Below, one piece after another: positions 54,131 to 58,400 of a stretch of 58,400 nucleotides of DNA; positions within the stretch are counted from its first letter, which is position 1, and the number at the start of each line of letters is the position of its first letter. Origin of the DNA: an uncultured Bdellovibrionales bacterium (GTDB lineage: Bacteria > Bdellovibrionota_C > UBA2361 > SZUA-149 > CAYMWO01); the NCBI GenBank assembly GCA_964393905.1, contig CAYMWO010000002.1, positions 1 to 58,400 of the forward strand, read 5' to 3'. Under the pieces are notes generated by a model, which worked only from the letters and a program-made list of their open reading frames with translations, made no database searches and was not told where the DNA came from. Made by a program: the position numbers and the translations under genes.

Positions 54131-55021
54131 TTATTTCAGCAATGCTGAGAGTGCTGCGGCAATCTCATGTTGCTCAAAATTAAACCCATTATCCAGCAAC
54201 TTCTTAGGAATAGCGCGCGTTCCTTCAAGAAGTAGCTCTCGTCCCATCTCCCCCAGCACTAGCCGGATTAATATGGCTGGAACTGGCAGGATTGTCGGTC
54301 GAAAAAGAGTTCGGCCTAGGGATTTGGTAAACTCAAGGTTGGTTGCGGGATGTGGCGCGACAATATTTACTGGGCCACTGATACCAGCTTCAGTCAGGCA
54401 GTAAGCAATTGCTCGCAGTGCGTCCGGGAGGGTAATCCAGCTGATATACTGCTTGCCGTTTCCCAATTTTCCGCCAAGGCCAAATCGAAACGGGAGGAGC
54501 ATTCTCTTCAGGGCGCCACCCGCCGGTGATAGAATAACTCCGAAGCGGAGATTCACTACTCGTATTGGCTTGGCAAGGCAGAGAGTCTCGTTCTCCCAAG
54601 CTCGGCAAACATCAGAGAGAAATCCGCTGCCAGGTGAGGCATCCTCGGTAATAAGAATTGATCCCGAATTGCCATAAAAGCCGACAGCGGAGGCGGAGAG
54701 AAACACGGAGGGTGGGCTCGGAAGGCTGGCTACTGTGGTGGCTAAAAGTCGGGTTCCAAGCACGCGGCTTTTAAGGATTTCGGCTTTGACATCCTCATTC
54801 CATCTCTTCTCGGCAATGCCTGCACCAGCGAGGTGAATGACGGCATCTATTGTCCCGGCAGAGCTTAGTTCTAGCTCATTTTGCTCCGGGTTCCAGTAGA
54901 TCTCATCCAACTTATTGCTGCGTTTTCTTACGAGGCGCAGCACTTCATGGCCGCTGGCCACTAGCTGCGGAACAAGGTGGGAGCCAACTAGTCCGCTAGA
55001 ACCTGAGATTAAAATACGCAT
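54131..55021 (-). CDS. SDR39U1/YfcH-type epimerase family protein (TIGR01777-like, with a DUF1731-type C-terminus)
   Basis: The track extends to 55060. The ATG at 55019-55021 gives MRILISGSSGLVGSHLV, and the C-terminus is PKKLLDNGFNFEQHEIAAAL. Confidence 0.85.
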   Translation of the reverse strand: MRILISGSSGLVGSHLVPQLVASGHEVLRLVRKRSNKLDEIYWNPEQNELELSSAGTIDAVIHLAGAGIAEKRWNEDVKAEILKSRVLGTRLLATTVASLPSPPSVFLSASAVGFYGNSGSILITEDASPGSGFLSDVCRAWENETLCLAKPIRVVNLRFGVILSPAGGALKRMLLPFRFGLGGKLGNGKQYISWITLPDALRAIAYCLTEAGISGPVNIVAPHPATNLEFTKSLGRTLFRPTILPVPAILIRLVLGEMGRELLLEGTRAIPKKLLDNGFNFEQHEIAAALSALLK

Positions 55022-55031
55022 AGTTAACTCT

Positions 55032-55436
55032 CTACGAAATTGAGCGCGCAAGCGCCTCAATCAAACTCGACTCTAGCGATGTAATTGAAAAAGGCTTAAT
55101 TACGTAACCAGAAACCCCGGCGCGCAGAGCGGCGACAACTTTCTCTGCTTGGTCCTCGGCCGTTACCATTACAAAGGGGGTGTCCTTATATCTCGCAATT
55201 GAGCGCACCTGCTTTAGTAGCTGGAATCCCGTCATACGCGGCATCACCCAGCCCGAGATAATAAAGTTTACTGGGTTGGTCTTTAAAATTCCCAGTGCAT
55301 CATCTCCGTCCTTCGCCTCTAAGACATTAACAAATCCCATCTTGCCTAGATGTTCTCGGGTAATCGTACGCATGTTCGGCAGGTCATCCACCACAAGGAA
55401 TAGAGTGCTGAGGGGTAGTTTTTCTCTTAGCGACAT
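55032..55436 (-). CDS. CheY-like single-domain receiver in which the phospho-acceptor Asp position is Gly
   Basis: The track extends to 55565. The ATG at 55434-55436 lies just after the upstream stop. LFLVVDD, MVTAE and YVIKPF are conserved, but FIISGWVMPRMTG aligns with E. coli CheY FVISDWNMPNMDG. Confidence 0.8.
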   Translation of the reverse strand: MSLREKLPLSTLFLVVDDLPNMRTITREHLGKMGFVNVLEAKDGDDALGILKTNPVNFIISGWVMPRMTGFQLLKQVRSIARYKDTPFVMVTAEDQAEKVVAALRAGVSGYVIKPFSITSLESSLIEALARSIS

Positions 55437-55443
55437 TTGTAGC

Positions 55444-55758
55444 CTACTCCGTTCCAGAGGATAGAATCTCAATCGGGTTCCCTGTCGGATCGCTGATGAA
55501 CGTCGACTTAATTCCATCAACCTGTTCACGCAGCTCCCCGAGAGTTGCTGCATCTGCTCTGGCAAAAGCGATGTGTGGGGGTTGTTGGCTTGGAAGCACT
55601 AAGGTGACCCTAAGATTCTCAAACTGCAATACCGCAAATGTCCTCTCCTCAACCAGCACTCGGCAATTAAAACTTGTCTGATACCACTGCACAGATTGCG
55701 AGATGCTAGCAACGGAGAGCGCCACGTGGTCTATCGAATCCAATACTTGTTCGGCCAT
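55444..55758 (-). CDS. VOC/glyoxalase-bleomycin resistance family small protein
   Basis: 104 aa. IDHVALSV...WY and HIAF...DPTGNPIEI follow the beta-alpha-beta-beta-beta module pattern. Confidence 0.6.
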   Translation of the reverse strand: MAEQVLDSIDHVALSVASISQSVQWYQTSFNCRVLVEERTFAVLQFENLRVTLVLPSQQPPHIAFARADAATLGELREQVDGIKSTFISDPTGNPIEILSSGTE

Positions 55759-55762
55759 GATA

Positions 55763-56422
55763 CTATTTCGCCTTACTTTGTCCGGTAGAATAACTACAAA
55801 ATTCTCTTACTGTGCAAGAGTCACACAAAGGGTTGCGGGCTTTGCAGATACGTCTGCCGTGGAAAATAAGTGTATGTGAAAATTGTGTCCAGTCCTTCTT
55901 GGGGATTAGCGCATTAAGGTCGCTCTCAATCTTGACCGCATCCTGGTGCGAGGTCAGGCCTAGTAAATTACTGATGCGGGTTACGTGGGTATCAACTGGC
56001 AGTCCTGGTATGTTGAAGGCGTTTCCTAGGACAACATTCGCAGTTTTTCTGCCTACCCCTGGAAGCTTAACCAGCTCCTCCATTTGTTGTGGAACTATAC
56101 CGGCGTGCTTCTCCACAATCTGACTCACCGCGCCACGGATACTCTTAGCCTTTTGCCTGAAGAATCCTGTCGGGCGAATAATGGCTTCTAGCTCACTCAG
56201 CGGGTGCTTTAAGTAATCCTCGGCACGTCTGTAACGCTTAAAAAGCACTGCCGTAACCTGGTTTACCTTTATATCAGTGCATTGCGCGGAGAGGATTGTC
56301 GCAATCAGAAGTTCCAGCGGGCTCCCGAAGTTGAGTTCGATATGGGCATCGGGATGCGCCTTTTGGAGACGCCGATAGATTAGCCGAGCACGCTTTGCCC
56401 GCTCAGCTGGTGAAAGCTTCAT
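55763..56422 (-). CDS. nth: Endonuclease III
   Basis: 219 aa. The HhH-GPD region is LPGVGRKTANVVLG, the catalytic region is VDTHV, and the C-terminal 4Fe-4S motif is CKARNPLCDSCTVREFC. Confidence 0.9.
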   Translation of the reverse strand: MKLSPAERAKRARLIYRRLQKAHPDAHIELNFGSPLELLIATILSAQCTDIKVNQVTAVLFKRYRRAEDYLKHPLSELEAIIRPTGFFRQKAKSIRGAVSQIVEKHAGIVPQQMEELVKLPGVGRKTANVVLGNAFNIPGLPVDTHVTRISNLLGLTSHQDAVKIESDLNALIPKKDWTQFSHTLIFHGRRICKARNPLCDSCTVREFCSYSTGQSKAK

Positions 56423-58161
56423 TTTGCTTTGCCCCGCTTGGCTTGGAAAAATTCGGCAATCTGCTGGGCGGTGAGGGTGTTTAGCACATCATCTTTTACT
56501 AGCCAGCCCTTTCTCGCAATTCCCACCCCGTATTTGACATGGCTTATACCCTCGACCGTATGCGCATCAGGGGAGATGGGGATTTTAATTCCTAAATCTC
56601 TGGCCTGTTTTAGATACCGCCAGTCGAGGTCGAACCGCCGGGGATTGGCATTTAGCTCGATTGCCGTTCCGGTGCGCGCGGCCACGTCAATCACCGCCTC
56701 TAAATCCACCTGGATTGGTTCCCGCTTCAGTAACAAGCGGGCTGTGGGGTGACCAAGAATTGTGGTGTAGGGGTTCTCGACGGCACGAATCAGCCTGGCT
56801 GTCATCTCCTGCTCGGGCATCTTCTGCTGCGCGTGAATTGAGGCGATGATGAAGTCGAAAAGTTTAAGGGTCGTCTCCGGATAGTCCAGTGAGCCGTCTG
56901 CGAGGATATCTGACTCTATTCCTTTAAAGATTCTAAAAGGCGCAAGCTCCTCGTTTAAGCGGTCAATCTCCTCATGTTGGCGCAAGATGTCATCGGCCTT
57001 TAGTCCCCCGGCATAAAACGCGCTCTGAGAGTGGTCGCTTATTCCTAGATAGTTATAACCTAATGCCCGAGCCCCCTCTGCCATCTCGCGTAGTGTGTTC
57101 TTGCCGTCTGAGTAGGTAGAGTGTGCGTGAAGAATGCCTTTAAGATCGCCAGACTCTATCAACCGCGGGAGCTTCTCCCCTCGGCTGAAGCACTGAGCGG
57201 CAAACTCAATCTCTCCTAACCCCTCGCGCAGCTCAGGTGGTATGAAGGCGAGTTCTAGATGTTGGTAGAGTTCCTCTTCGCTGGCGAGTGGTATCAATTT
57301 GCCATTTTTCGAGAGGGCTGTTGGCGTAAGCTTGAGGCCTAAGGACTCGGCGCGGGAGATAAGGTTTGTATTGTGTGCTTTGTTTCCGGTGAAGTAGGCG
57401 AGGGCTGGGGCAAGTTCTTCGGTATTAATAAATTTCAATTCGGCAGTTATTCCCGAGGTGAGAGTTGCACTCAACCGACTCTCGTCATTTTTCGAGATGG
57501 CCTTTATGAGTGAGCTCGAGGCCAATTGTTCCGAGAAGGAAGCAATGTTGGTAGTAGATACGAGAAAATTGATATTCCCAACTACCTCATTATGGCGCCG
57601 GACTGAGCCAACTAGCTCAATTCGCGCCGCTAACCCGGCTTGGGAAATTGTCGCCTGAAGTTCCATGGCTGACTGCAGCGCGTCAGGAAAGCGGGATTTC
57701 TGTGAGTAGTCCCGCAACTGAACTATCCCTTTTAGGATGTTCTCCTGGGTCTTGCCACCAAACCCCTTAATCTTTGCCAGCTCCCCTTTCCGGCAGAGCT
57801 CCTCCACGGACTCCAGGGTTGTGACCCCGTGCTCGGAATGCAGTAACTTTACCTTTTTAACTCCGAGACCGGGAAGTTTAAGGATTGTGAGTAAGCCGGG
57901 AGGGGTTTTGCTTCTTAGCTCCGACAAGGCTTCGAAGGTGCCAGTGGTGTGGAGTTGAAGAATGGCCTGAGCCAAGTTCTCGCCGATACCCTTAATCTTT
58001 CCCAGCTCAACTTGCCGAAGAAATGCGACAAACTCAGTCTCAGTCGTGCGAACTATCTCCGCGGCGTTTGTGAAGGCGCGGGACTTAAACGGATTCTCTC
58101 CGTTTAGCTCCATCAGCACGGCGGTCTCGTCTAGGGCATCTGCAATTTGAGCTTGATTCAC
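56419..58161 (-). CDS. polX: Family X DNA polymerase with a C-terminal PHP (polymerase/histidinol phosphatase) domain
   Basis: 580 aa with a GTG start. N-terminal HhH motifs are present (IKGIGENLA, LPGLGVKKV, IKGFGGKT). The PHP region has LHAHSTYSDG...ISDHS...SIHA. An ATGA overlap links it to nth. Confidence 0.9.
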   Translation of the reverse strand: MNQAQIADALDETAVLMELNGENPFKSRAFTNAAEIVRTTETEFVAFLRQVELGKIKGIGENLAQAILQLHTTGTFEALSELRSKTPPGLLTILKLPGLGVKKVKLLHSEHGVTTLESVEELCRKGELAKIKGFGGKTQENILKGIVQLRDYSQKSRFPDALQSAMELQATISQAGLAARIELVGSVRRHNEVVGNINFLVSTTNIASFSEQLASSSLIKAISKNDESRLSATLTSGITAELKFINTEELAPALAYFTGNKAHNTNLISRAESLGLKLTPTALSKNGKLIPLASEEELYQHLELAFIPPELREGLGEIEFAAQCFSRGEKLPRLIESGDLKGILHAHSTYSDGKNTLREMAEGARALGYNYLGISDHSQSAFYAGGLKADDILRQHEEIDRLNEELAPFRIFKGIESDILADGSLDYPETTLKLFDFIIASIHAQQKMPEQEMTARLIRAVENPYTTILGHPTARLLLKREPIQVDLEAVIDVAARTGTAIELNANPRRFDLDWRYLKQARDLGIKIPISPDAHTVEGISHVKYGVGIARKGWLVKDDVLNTLTAQQIAEFFQAKRGKAK

Positions 58162-58400
58162 ACTATCTCTTGTTAACTGATTATTCTCATAGGGCTAGTT
58201 TGTATCGAGTTTGTCTGCCTTCGGGTCGGAAAATTAAGTAGAACATTGTCGACAGAAAATTACCAAGGCTATATGTCGGGTAAGTTAGCTCAACTTCAAT
58301 ATGACCGCTCTCGCGCTAATTGCGGTTCTTGCCCTTATAAATTCAACTATTATAGACTCCTAGCCGCAGTAACTTTTGTCGGAGAAGTTATTTTATAAAC

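Noticed and set aside
1-58400. A search of the whole window for CRISPR arrays, rRNA or tRNA genes, transposases, integrases, prophage genes, toxin-antitoxin pairs and known defence-system signatures.
   Set aside because: I saw no regularly spaced direct repeats, no structured RNA gene signatures and no ORF with recombinase, nuclease-helicase or other defence motifs. The only repeats are the poly-Ser tract, the 24/25-nt duplication and one short palindrome.

Overview
This is a compact, gene-dense bacterial chromosomal segment of roughly 50% GC by eye. Gene content looks Gram-negative, Pseudomonadota/Bdellovibrionota-like, but the taxon cannot be fixed from the sequence alone. I support about 53 CDSs. 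I see no rRNA, tRNA, CRISPR array, transposase or integrase.

Layout:
- 1-22.1 kb: a surface-glycan island. It holds GT9 and GT4 glycosyltransferases, a PIG-L deacetylase, methyltransferases and a pseudaminic-acid-type nonulosonic acid operon (pseB-pseC-cytidylyltransferase-pseG-formyltransferase-WbqC-pseI). No PseH acetyltransferase is present. There is also a UDP-GlcNAc 2-epimerase and an SDR epimerase. The island is interrupted by a 1326-aa Ser/Thr/Leu/Gln-rich protein whose C-terminus looks like the FliK hook-length-control domain.
- 22.4-26.4 kb: an unknown 272-aa protein translationally coupled to a GspE/PilB secretion ATPase with a C-terminal receiver domain, followed by a convergent MoxR-like AAA+ ATPase.
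- 26.9-32.7 kb: a housekeeping string, REC-tmk-holB-metG-tatD, ending in an orphan nuoB.
- 33.0-37.6 kb: rpmG, then an orphan GspH-I-J-K-like minor pseudopilin operon behind an HDOD protein.
- 37.8-43.9 kb: fumC, an LMW tyrosine phosphatase, nadA-nifS, and a ParA-like protein with a degenerate Walker A.
- 44.1-52.8 kb: one plus-strand cluster. It holds a flippase-like membrane protein, an 810-aa GT-C-like membrane protein, a 1066-aa exported thrombospondin-type-3-repeat protein with a 49-codon poly-Ser tract, and a membrane protein with a discoidin domain.
- 52.8-58.2 kb: small genes, then a polX-nth-VOC-CheY(D57G)-SDR39U1 operon.

All functional calls rest on motif-level reading of the translations. 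No database search was run.
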